DNA of 64,000 nucleotides from Dendrobates tinctorius (Eukaryota), in assembly GCF_039654945.1 (NCBI RefSeq), contig NW_027361730.1, positions 31,124,001-31,188,000 of the forward strand. Reading direction: 5' to 3'. The notes below the pieces were generated by a model. The model made no database searches. It was not told where the DNA came from and saw nothing but the letters and a program-made list of their open reading frames with translations. Of this stretch, positions 12,771-23,513 are shown piece by piece. The first letter of the stretch is position 1; the number at the start of each line of letters is the position of its first letter. Position numbers and translations under genes: made by a program.

Positions 12771-13779
12771 TAGTAAATGTGGCTATGCGGACTGGGCGGG
12801 GCTATACACTCAGCTTTATATATATATATATATAATCATTATAATTTGTTATAACTAACCGTAGTTAGTTACTATGCCCGGGCAGCGCCGGGCTCTTCAG
12901 CTAGTAATAATAATAATATAAATCCAATACATGTGCTACGCTGAATGAAACTTATTTTAAACTGATGACAAGATGGTACTTTACCCCAGTTAGACTTAAT
13001 AAAATCTTCCCAGCACAGTCACCATTGTGCTGGAGGGAATGCAGGATAAAGGGAGACATCAAGCATATCTTTTGGGAATGTACCTTGATTATAGAAACAT
13101 GGAAAAAAGTGGAACAGCTGATATAACAGAATACACACAATAATATATGACTCTCTCCACAATTAAAAATTCTATCATTAGGGATAAGTGATATACTGAA
13201 AGAAAATATCTATATGGTCTCACATATAAGAATGGTAACAAATCATTTAATTGCATCCCATTGTAAAAGGAAAGATCCTCCAATACAGAGGACATCATAG
13301 AAAGAATAGCTCCACATAATGTGTACGAATTTAATCACGCCACAAGACACAATAGATTTCCCAAAAACTCAAAAAATTTTGCCCCCTGGAATAAAGAATT
13401 CACAATACCATTCACCTAGTCCCCTCTAATCACGGGAGAGAAGGAAAGAGAAAGGGAAAAAGGAGAAAAAGAAAATCAGTATGAGAAGTTCTCGGGGTAG
13501 GATCCTTCCTATACAATGGGAGAATTAGCAATTGCAAAAGAAGTGTAGGCTTAGAATACAAGAATTTGTTTTATTAAATGTCGAATTAATAGAAACGTAA
13601 TTAGAAATAAAAATATTGTGTATTATTGGTGGATATAAAGTTGATATAATTGTATTTTCTTTAATAATAGGTAATAGTATGTTTATAACTGTTTAAACAG
13701 ATAGATATTTTTATTGTTTTTGTTTGTTTGTTTTTTGGGAAAAATGGACTATACAGCATTTACTCCTGTTTTTATCCTA

Positions 13780-15318
13780 GATTTGGATAAACCCATTCCA
13801 ACAAGTCCGATAAAGTCTTGGATATACTCAAAAGACACTGGGCGATTTTAAAAACTGATCGAAATATATGTAAGTTGTTACACTCAGGCCTTGTCCTGGC
13901 GCGGCGCCCAGGTCTGCTACTGTTACACCTGGTCCCCGTCCTGGTGCTGCGTCCAGGTCTGCCGCTGCCCCTCGTTCTGGGCACTCACCTCGAGCCTCAC
14001 ATGCTGTCCTTGGGCGGCAGCCGGCCTCCTCTGGATCTCATGCTGCTGCTCAGCGTTCAGGTCTCCCTCCTGCCTCCACCTCCTGGCGCCCTGTGGGGAG
14101 ATCTGTAGCTAAGGCTATTAGGGCACGCCCGCCCGCTCTCCTGCCTTCTTAAAGGGATGGCGTGCATTATTCAAAAAATGCAATTAACCAATGGCAGCAC
14201 ACTGGCTGCTATTTCTGGCCTCTCCTCCATAGGGAGGGCGCCGGAGCAACGAGTATCTATCATTGCTACATCTGGTTCTCATGCTAACCTGTCTGCGCTG
14301 CGTCTGCAGTCTCTGTGCATTTTCTAATGCTCTCTGTCTCCACAGCATATCAGTATCCTGTGCTTCCTGGCTATATCTGCAACCATCTGGGCGAAAGCCA
14401 TCCCGTTCCGCAACAGCGATCCGTGTCTGAGGACTGTGTGAAGGTCACTGGAACCGACTCCTTACCATCTACCTGGATCCAGGACCCGGCTCATTATGGA
14501 CTCTACTGTAACTACTGTTATCCCTTTTGGTCCCGCTGGGACCGCTGCCACGTGTTCGGGGTCTATCTGGAGGTAGCACCTGTGTCCTCCAGGTATTCCA
14601 TTCTGGCCCTGTCTGAAGGGCTTTACTATGGGTGCCCGGGGCTCACTAGTCACGCCCCCTTCGGAGCCCCCGGAACCGTGGTCCCGAGGTTCCACTTTAA
14701 AAATAAAAACGAATGTGAACTTCACCATCTCTGCCTCCGCTTCCATTCGTTACACAAGTACATTACCCCAAAACCCTCAGTAATGTATAGGAAGGGTAAA
14801 TCAATTAAGACCGGGTGGTAAGGAGCCATCTGGAACCCTGTAAGAAAGAGTGCACATGGCTACAGAATAGAGCCATGGGCACATTCAGATGTGGACACTG
14901 CAGTTTTTGTAAAAGTATATGTCCATTACAGACATTCTGTAGTGCGTATGCTAAAAGGACATATAATATGAAATCGTTTGCTAATTGCAAAACTGCAGGA
15001 GTTATATATCTGTGTACCTGTTCTTGTCCCCTTGACTATGTGGGGAAAACTAAACGTGACCTGAGAGTCCGAATAGGTGAACATCTGGGGGATATCAGAC
15101 ATTGTAGAGACACCCCCCTTGCATGCCATGTCAATCTGATACACGGGGGTGATATTAAACAGATTTCTTTTCATGTGATTGAGAGAGTTCAGCCCGCAGT
15201 GAGACAGGGAGTTTGGGATTGGAAGATCCTACAGCGAGAAACACGCTGGATCTTCTGGCTTGAATCACAGAGCCCTAAAGGTTTAAAAGAACAATTAAAT
15301 GTTACTAGTTATTTATGA
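13780..15318 (+). pseudogene. Penelope-like element C-terminal region with GIY-YIG endonuclease (Neptune-like Cys linker), split by an LTR
   Basis: ILKRHWAILKTD...ICK|YITPKPSVMYRK; FRCGHCSFC; VIYLCTCSCPLDYVGKTKRDLRVRIGEH; ETRWIFWL. Confidence 0.85.
13876..14754 (+). mobile_element. Solo LTR inserted in the Penelope ORF
   Basis: TGTTAC...GTTACA termini; 5-bp TSD TAAGT/CAAGT with one mismatch; AATAAA near 14702; removal restores the Penelope frame. Confidence 0.82.
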
Positions 15319-15582
15319 TCAGTGTGGTCCTGTAAAGTTCCAGTATATCTCTTTAGGCTCCTCTGACACCTTTATGATGATTGTGTCAGTATAATATTAT
15401 GAATTATTGCAATTTCTATTTTTTTCTGGATACAAATAAATTGCTCTAAGTCTTTTTATGGGAAATGCAATCTGAGTTGGGGCATGGTAACTGAAATGAT
15501 ATAATGCTCTCATATGTTTCAAAATACACTGAATGTGGACTAAATTGTTATCCACAGTGTGCAGGATTTGCATTTGGGGCAC

Positions 15583-15936
15583 TGTTGTGAGTTCATTCTC
15601 CCCTTCACCTTTGATGTCTGATGAACTCCCTCTGCGGGTGAAGAGAGGTAGTGAAACTGATTGGGATGGGAAGAACCTGTCGTCTGAACAGGCGGAGTGT
15701 GATTGGACATCTGGAATTTTTGAGTGGATATAAGGCAGCCGACGCCCTGCAGGGCTGCTGGTGATCCTTTCTGCTCTGAGCTCTTGCATCCAGTTTAGTT
15801 CCTGTCTACTAAAAGCTAAGTTTTGCCCTGCTATTATTCCATGAGATTTTGTCTGGTTTCCTTAGTGTTTGTATTCAGCCAGTCCTGGTTGGGACTGGCT
15901 GAATTCCATTTTTGTCTCTGATCAGTTTATCTCTTT
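15583..15936 (+). mobile_element. 5' fragment of an LTR of the same family as the 23514 and 31581 LTRs
   Basis: Starts TGTTGTGAGTTCATT; shares GGATATAAGGCAGCCGACGCCC...GCTGGTGAT. Confidence 0.8.
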
Positions 15937-17229
15937 CTGGATGCAAGAGCTCAGAGCAGAAAGGATCACCAGCAGCCCTGCAGGGCGTCATCGGCATCTT
16001 CTGCGGCAGGCCTGCCCCAAGGAATGGAAAGAGACTCAGACTGCTCTGTGTGGATTATAAGCACCTGTGGAATACAAATCACCCACCTGTGGATTACAAA
16101 TTGGGAACGCTGTCGCGGATCCGCATTGTTGGTTAGAGGATCCGGGGTGGTACCAGGAGCTGTGCAGGATGGCGGTGTTACTTCAACACAGAAAAGAGAT
16201 CCAGGTGTTTGCTGTTGTCCCCAATGGACTGGGGCCCCCTCCTACGTACCCCTGGGGCCAGCGATATGTACCAGGAGTCCGGCGCTCCCACATACTGGAC
16301 CCTGGCAGATGGGTGGAAAGGCCTGCCAATGCCCCACCCAGCAGAGGGAGTGGCACTGAGAAAAAGTTTGGCTGCAGTTGCTTGGCGCCATTCGATTGCT
16401 GCCCACCGGACGGTATGAGACGCTGCTGGTGTCGAGGCATCGGCCGCCTGGAGTGGCAATGGCGGCGGGATGTCGAGCTCCGCCAGAAAGTGTCATCTGC
16501 AGAGCCACGAGCAGGCAGCAGGATGATGAGGGGGAAAGCGGAGCCTGTGCGGAATCAGCGGGAGCGGCCACCCAGAATATCGGCGGAGAGTCTGCCCGCG
16601 GAGGCCCTAAGCCTGGAAGCTAGGCCCGTCGGATGACAGGGTGAAGAGCAGAGACCGCGGGAGGAGCTGCGTGATGACGTAACGGAGGCCGCGGTGCCGG
16701 GGAAGGTGAGAGTTCCTGCGGCCCCCACCATTTGGCTGCAGCACGCGGCAGCCTGCGTACCTGAGAGACCGGTCACAAGAGGCCCTCCCCTCTATGCTGA
16801 ACTGAGCGGGGCCTCCGCTCCAAGTCCTGAACCACCCCGCCCGGAGACGCCACGTACGGTGCCGCCGGAGCGGAGCCTGATCCCATAGGGCGCTGTTGCG
16901 CTTCCCCTGCCACTGACGACCTCATTTCTAAAAGCGGTCACTACCCCGGCCCCGGCTGAAGCGTCAAGTGCGGCCTACCCTGCGGCCACGGTTATGCCGG
17001 TGCTGGAACCGGCTGTGTCCTATTTGGCAGGTCCCGTGACCCAACATACCGAGAACACAGCTACCCCCATCCGCCATTCGGCTCCAGCGGCTGCTGGGCC
17101 GCAGAAACCATCGGCCGCCTCTGTCCTTCCCTCTTCTTCGGTGGAGCCCTGCCCAATGGACTCTAGAGCCTGCGCTGTGCCCTCCATTTGGGTTGCGGAG
17201 GTTATTAAAAAGAAGAAGGCACGGGAGCA

Positions 17230-19129
17230 TCTAAAGAAGAATATAATGCTGTCTGCAGAACCTGCAGGGCACAAATCAGATTATCTAAAGCTGAAAATGA
17301 ATTGAGGCTTGCAAGAGATGTCAAAAGCAATAATAAAGGATTTTGGGGATATGTCAAAAGTAAAAGAAAAGTCAAAGATGCTATAGGATTTTTACAGGAT
17401 GAAAATGATGAAATGGTAAGACAGGATGTTGAGAAGGCTGAACTTTTAAATTCCTATTTTGCATCTGTTTTCTCTCAGAAAGGAAATGTAACATCAACTG
17501 TTATTCACTGTCCTATTAAGGGAATAGAAGAATCCAGGATATCTATAAACAGAAAGATAGTGAGGAAACACTTAGCTAGCCTAAATGAATTCAAGTCTCC
17601 AGGTCCAGATGAATTACACCCCAGAGTACTGAAGGAGATAGCAGAAGAAATTTTTGAACCCCTCTCTATAATCTTTGAAAATTCTTGGAGAACAGGAGAA
17701 GTGCCAGAAGACTGGAGAAGAACAAATGTTGTTCCTATCTTCAAAAAGGGGAAGAAGGTGGACCCAGGTAACTATAGGCCGGTGAGTCTGACTTCTATAC
17801 CAGGAAAGATCTTTGAACAAATTATTAAACAACATGTATGTCAATACCTGGATAAGAATGAAGTGATTAAACAGAGTCAGCATGGGTTTGTAACTAATAA
17901 GTCATGTCAGACTAACTTAATTTCCTTCTATGACGGTATCACTGATTGGTTGGATCAAGGAAATGCTGTAGATATAGTATATCTTGACTTCAGCAAAGCA
18001 TTTGACAAAGTCTCTCATACAATCCTTATTGAAAAAATGATTAAGTATGGAATGGACAAGGCAACTGTTAGGTGGATTCATAACTGGCTTAGTGATCGGA
18101 CCCAAAGAGTGGTCGTAAATGGCTGCACATCCAGTTGGAAGAATGTCTCAAGTGGGGTACCACAGGGCTCTGTCCTGGGCCCTGTATTGTTCAACATCTT
18201 TATCAACGATTTAGATGAAGGAATTGAGGGTAAACTGATTAAATTTGCTGATGACACAAAGCTAGGAGGGATAGCTAATACTAGAGAAGAGAGAGAGAGG
18301 ATTCAAAAAGATTTAAATAAACTGGAGAAGTGGGCAGCAACTAACAGAATGGTTTTTAACAGGGAGAAATGCAAAGTACTACATCTGGGCAATAAAAATG
18401 GAAAAAGCATATATAGAATGGGAGGAATAGGGCTAAGTGACAGCACATGTGAAAAAGACTTGGGTATACTAATAGATCACAGACTGAATATGAGTCAACA
18501 GTGTGATGCAGCAGCAAAAAAGGCAAATGCAATTCTAGGATGTATTAACAGAAGCATACAGTCTAGATCACGTGAAGTCATTATTTCCCTCTACTCCTCT
18601 TTGGTCAGACCTCATCTGGAATATTGTGTCCAGTTTTGGGCACCACATTTTAAAAAAGACATCAACAAACTGGAGCAAGTTCAGAAAAGAGCGACCAGAA
18701 TGGAGACCGGTCTGCAAACCCTGTCTTATGAGGAAAGGTTGCAGGATTTGGGAATGTTTAGTTTGCAAAAGAGAAGACTGAGAGGAGACTTAATAGCTGT
18801 CTACAAATATCTAAAGGGCTGTCACATTGTAGAAGGATCAACTTTATTCTCATTTGCACAAGGAAAGACTAGAAGCAATGGGATGAAACTGAATGGGAGG
18901 AGACACAGATTAGATATTAGAAAAAACTTTTTGACAGTTAGAGTGATCAATGAGTGGAACAGGCTGCCACGAGAAGTGGTGAGTTCTCCTTCAATGGAAG
19001 TCTTCAAACAGAGGCTGGACAGACATCTGACTGGGATGATTTAGCGAATCCTGCTTTGAGCAGGGGGTTGGACCAGATGGCCCAGGAGGTCCCTTCCAAC
19101 TCTACGATTCTATGATTCTATGATTCTAT
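17230..19129 (+). mobile_element. 5'-truncated CR1 LINE, young
   Basis: Open RT frame to the stop at 19044; CR1 3' UTR GGGTTGGAC...GGTCCCTTCCAAC; (ATTCTATG)n tail; GAGCA duplication at the junctions. Confidence 0.95.
17302..19044 (+). CDS. CR1 ORF2 reverse transcriptase (partial, uninterrupted)
   Basis: KSPGPDELHP, NYRPVSLTS, YLDFSKAFD, SGVPQGSVLGP, FADD. Confidence 0.92.
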   Translation: MRLARDVKSNNKGFWGYVKSKRKVKDAIGFLQDENDEMVRQDVEKAELLNSYFASVFSQKGNVTSTVIHCPIKGIEESRISINRKIVRKHLASLNEFKSPGPDELHPRVLKEIAEEIFEPLSIIFENSWRTGEVPEDWRRTNVVPIFKKGKKVDPGNYRPVSLTSIPGKIFEQIIKQHVCQYLDKNEVIKQSQHGFVTNKSCQTNLISFYDGITDWLDQGNAVDIVYLDFSKAFDKVSHTILIEKMIKYGMDKATVRWIHNWLSDRTQRVVVNGCTSSWKNVSSGVPQGSVLGPVLFNIFINDLDEGIEGKLIKFADDTKLGGIANTREERERIQKDLNKLEKWAATNRMVFNREKCKVLHLGNKNGKSIYRMGGIGLSDSTCEKDLGILIDHRLNMSQQCDAAAKKANAILGCINRSIQSRSREVIISLYSSLVRPHLEYCVQFWAPHFKKDINKLEQVQKRATRMETGLQTLSYEERLQDLGMFSLQKRRLRGDLIAVYKYLKGCHIVEGSTLFSFAQGKTRSNGMKLNGRRHRLDIRKNFLTVRVINEWNRLPREVVSSPSMEVFKQRLDRHLTGMI

Positions 19130-19252
19130 GAGCAGCAGATATGGAGCCTGCTTCATGAAAAGGGAGAGGCAGGTATGGCGGCTAAGAGATCGAGGGGACG
19201 GCTGGTGTACACTAACATTGCAAAGGGTTATGGTTTCATCCAGGATGAGACT

Positions 19253-20686
19253 GGGGCGTGCAATATTATTCGGCCCCTTTACTTTCAGTGCAGCAAACTC
19301 ACTCCAGAAGTTCATTGTGGATCTCTGAATGGTCCAATGTTGTCCTAAATGACTAATGATGATAAATATAATCCACCTGTGTGTAATCAAGTCTCCGTAT
19401 AAATGCACCTGCTCTGTGATGGTCTCAGGGTTTTGTTTGATGCACAGAGAGCATCATGAAGACCAAGGAACACAACAGGCAGGTCTGTGATACTGTTGTG
19501 GAGAATTTTAAAGCCGGATTTGGATACAAAATGATATCCCAAACTTTAAACATCCCAAGGAGCACTGTGCAAGTGATCATATTGAAATGGAAGGAATATC
19601 ATACCACTGTAAATCTACCAAGACTCGGCCATCCCTCTAAACTTTCATCTCAAACAAGGAGAAGACTGATCAGAGATGCAGCCAAGAGGCCCATGATCAC
19701 TCTGGATGAACTGCAGAGATCTACAGCTGAGGTGGGACAGTCTGTCCATAGGACAACAATCAGTCGTACACTGCACAAATCTGGCCTTTATGGAAGAGTG
19801 GCAAGAAGAAAGCCATTTCTTAAAGATATCCAATCCATAAAAAGTGTCGTTTAAGGTTTGTAACAAGCCGCCTGGGAGACACACCAAACATGTGGAAGAA
19901 GGTGCTCTGGTCAGATGACACCAAAATTGAACTTTTGGTAACAATGCCAAACGATATGTTTAGCGTAAGGGCAACACAGCTCATCACCCTGAACACACCA
20001 TCCCCACTGTCAAACATGGTGGTGGCTGCATCATGGTTTGGGCCTGCTTTTCTTCAGCAGGGACAGGGAAGATGGTTAAAATTGATGGGAAGTTGGATGG
20101 AGCCAAATACAGGACCAATCTTGAAGAAAACCTGTTGGAGTCTGCAAAACACCTGAGACTGGGACGGAGATTTGTCTTCCAACAAGGCAATGATCCCAAA
20201 CATAAAGCAAAATCTACAATGGAATGGTTCACAAATAAATGTATCCAGGTGCAGAATGGCCAAGTCAAAGTCCAGACCTGAGAGAATCTGTGGAAAGAGC
20301 TGAAATCTGCTGTTCACAAACGATCTCCATGAAACCTCACTGAGCTTGAGCTGTTTGTCAAGCAAGAATGGGAAAGAATTTCAGTCTCTTGATGCACAAA
20401 ACTGATAGAGACATACCCCAAGCGACTTGCAGCTGTAATCGCAGCAAAAGGTGGCGCAACAAAGTATTAAGTTAAAGGGGTCGAATAATATTGCATGCCT
20501 CACTTTTCAGTTTTTGAATTTCCACAAAAATTTAAAATAACCAATAAATTTCGTTCAATTTCACAATTGTGTCGCACTTGTTGATTCTTCACCAAAAATT
20601 TACATTCGGTATCTTTATGTTTGAAGCATGATATGTGGGAGAAAGTTGAAAAGTTCCAGGGAGCCGAATACTTTCGCAAGGCACTG
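19253..20686 (+). mobile_element. Tc1 transposon lacking the outer left TIR; frameshifted transposase 19456-20470
   Basis: Right TIR ...GAATACTTTCGCAAGGCACTG followed by TA; MKTKEH, WSDDTK, FQQGNDPKH, GGATKY. Confidence 0.92.
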
Positions 20687-20844
20687 TATATAATCTGTAC
20701 ATGACTTCCAGCTCAGTGCTATATTTCTGTAGCTACGGCAGCCATTAGTCCTCTTAAGTTAGGCTACTTTCACATTTGTGTTTTTTTGCGCTGCGCTGCG
20801 TGCACAGTGCAAACACGCATAAAAAATGCATCATGCATTTTTAA

Positions 20845-23197
20845 CCCCTTCACTACCTAGGGTGGTTTGCACGTTAACTCCCGGGCCAATTTTTACAATT
20901 CAGACCACTGTGCCTTTATGAGGTAATAACTCTGAAACGCTTCCATGGATCCCGGTGATTCTGACACTGTTTTCTTGAGACATATTGTACTTCATGTTAG
21001 TGATAAAATTTAATTCAAATAACTTGCGTTTATTTGTGAAAAAAATGGAAATTTGGCGAAAATTTTTAAAATTTCACAATTTTCCAACTTTGAATTTTTA
21101 TGCTCTTAAATCACAGAGATACGGCACGCAAAAATCTTAATAAGTAACATTTCCCACATGTTTACTTTACATCAGCACAATTTTGGAACCCAAATTTTTT
21201 TTTGTTAGGAAGTTATAAGGGTTAAAAGTTGACCAGCGAGTTCTCATTTTTGCAACACCATTTTATTTTTACGGACCACATCACATTTGAAGCCACTTTG
21301 AGGGGTCTATATGATAGAAAATACCCAAAAGTGACACCATTCTAAAAACTGCACCCCTTAAGGTACTCAAAACTACATTCAAGAAGTTTATTAACCCTTC
21401 AGGTGCGTCACAGGAATTTTTTTGAATATTTAAAAAAATGAACATTTAACTTTTTTTCACAAAAAAAATACTTCAGGTTCAATTTTTTTTCTTTTACCAA
21501 GGGTAACAGGAGAAATTGGACTGCAAAAGTTATTGTGCAGTTTGTACTGAGTACGCTGTTACCTGATATGTGGGGGGGAACCACTGTTTCGGCGCATGGC
21601 AGAGCTCAGAAAGGAAGGAGCGCCGTTTGACTTTTTCAATGCAAAATTGGCTGGAATTCAGATCGGACGCCATGTCACGTTTGGAGAGCCCCTGATGTAC
21701 CTAAACAGTGGAAACCCCCCAAGTGAACCCTTTCTGGAAACTAGACCCCCTAAGGAACTTATCTAGATGTGTGGTGAGAACTTTGAACCCACAAGGGCTT
21801 CACAGAAGTTTATAACGTACAGCCGTACAATTAAAAAATCATATTTTTCCCACAAAAATGACCTTTACACCCTCAATTCATATTTTTTCAAGAGTAACAG
21901 GACCCTAAAAGTTATTTTGCAATTTGTCCTGAGTACGCTGATACCCCATATGTGGGGGTAAACCACTATTTGGGTGCATGGCAGAGCTCGGAAGGGAAGC
22001 AGCGCCATTTGACGTTTTTGGCTGGAATTAAGATCGGACACCATGTCGCGTTTGGAAAGCCCCTGATGTACCAAAACAGTGAAAACCCCCCACAAATGAC
22101 ACCATTTTGGAAACTAGACCCCCCAAGGAACCTATCTAGATGTGTGGTGAGCACTTTGAACCCCCCAGTGCTTCACAGAAGTTTATAACGACCGGGTGTG
22201 AAAATAAAAAAATCGTATTTTTTCCACAAACAAGATCTTTTAGTCACCAATTTTTTTTATTTTCCCAAGGGTAACAGGAGAAATTGGACCCCAAAAGTTG
22301 TTGTCCAATTTGTCCTGAGTACGCTGATACCCCATATGTGGGAGAAAACTACTGTATAGGCACACGTCGGGGCTCGGAAGGGAAGTAGTGACGTTTTGGA
22401 ATGCAGACTTTGATGGAATGGTCTGTAAGTGTCATGTTGCCTTTAGAGAGCCCCTGATGTGCGTAAACTGTGGAAATCCCCCACAAGTGACCCCATTTTG
22501 GAAACTACACCCCCTAAGGAACTTATCTAGATGTGTGTTGAGCACTTTGAACCCCCCAGTGCTTCACAGAAGTTTATAACGACCGGGTGTGAAAATAAAA
22601 AAATCGTATTTTTTCAGCAAACATGATCATTTAGTCCCCATTTTTTTTATTTTCCCAAGGGTAACAGGAGAAACTGGACCCCAAAAGTTGTTGTCCAATT
22701 TGTCCTGAGTATGCTGATACCCCATATGTGGGAGAAAACTACTGTATAGGCACACGTCGGGGCTCGGAAGGGAGGTAGTGACGTTTTGGAAAGCAGACTT
22801 TGATGGAATGGTCTGCGGGTGTCATGTTGCCTTTGGAGAGCCCCTAATGTACCTAAACAGTGGAAACCCCCACAAATGACCCCATTTTGGAAACTAGACC
22901 CCCTAAGGAACTTATCTAGATGTGTGGTGAGCACTTTGAACCCCCAAGGGCTTCACAGAAGTTTATAATGCCCGGGCATGAAAATAAAAAAATTGTATTT
23001 TTTCCACAAACATGATCATTTAGCCCCCAATTTTTTTATTTTTGCAAGGGTAACAGGAGAAATTGGACCCCAAAAGTTGTTGTCCAATTTGTCCTGAGCA
23101 CGCTGATACCCCATATTTGGGGGAAAACTAATGTATGGGCACACGTCAGGGCTCGGAAGGGAAGTAGTGACGTTTTGGAATGCAGACTTTGGAATGG
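20845..23197. mobile_element. TTAA-target (piggyBac-like) non-autonomous element, left part, with ~390-bp tandem repeats
   Basis: TTAA followed by CCCCTT terminus; the unit AAGGGTAACAGGAGAAATTGGAC recurs near 21500, 21890, 22267, 22657 and 23046. Confidence 0.6.
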
Positions 23198-23513
23198 TGT
23201 TATGAATGGGTCACCGAGGAGAAAAAAACAAAACAAGCTAAGTCACAGAAAACCAGAGAGGTTGGTAACTATGCAGATTGCAGATCCCTGATCCTAACCA
23301 CACAACTAGCAGCAGCCGTGGAGCGTACCTACGATGGTCCTAGACGCTTCGTCACAGCCGGAGGACTAAATAAGCCTATAGCAAGAAAGGGGGAAAACTA
23401 ACTGCCCCAGAGCAGACCTCATAGGAAAGACAGCCCCCACACATGTATTGACGGTGAAACAAGATGAAAGCACAAACACAGGCAGGAAAATAGGCTGACC
23501 AAGCGATGGGGCC

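Larger units (their letters stand above)
11096..12904 (+). mobile_element. Non-autonomous Helitron carrying two satellite arrays
   Basis: 5' TC, 3' CTAG, subterminal GC hairpin GCCCGGGCAGCGCCGGGC, inserted between A and T with no TSD. Confidence 0.85.
1104..13419 (+). mobile_element. Decayed near-full-length L1-clade LINE, interrupted by several insertions (5' boundary approximate)
   Basis: ORF1 motifs (DLEDQNRRNNLKMRGIPE, DRIHRL, PRDVIMRFH); ORF2 endonuclease (ATG 6056, NVKGLNSP, LQET, NIYAPN, SRIDL, WSDH); RT (APGPDEF, QVGFV, LDAEKEFD, QGCPLSP); C-terminal CWREC..HIFWEC near 13030-13085; many stops and frameshifts. Confidence 0.9.
15990..19255 (+). pseudogene. Cryptic long ORF (Pro/Ala-rich linker plus C-terminal cold-shock-domain-like segment), interrupted by CR1 and truncated at both ends
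   Basis: ORFs at 16067, 16694 and 16994 share one frame, separated by single stops; after CR1 removal it reads KKKKAREQQIWSLLHEKGEAGMAAKRSRGRLVYTNIAKGYGFIQDETG. Confidence 0.6.
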
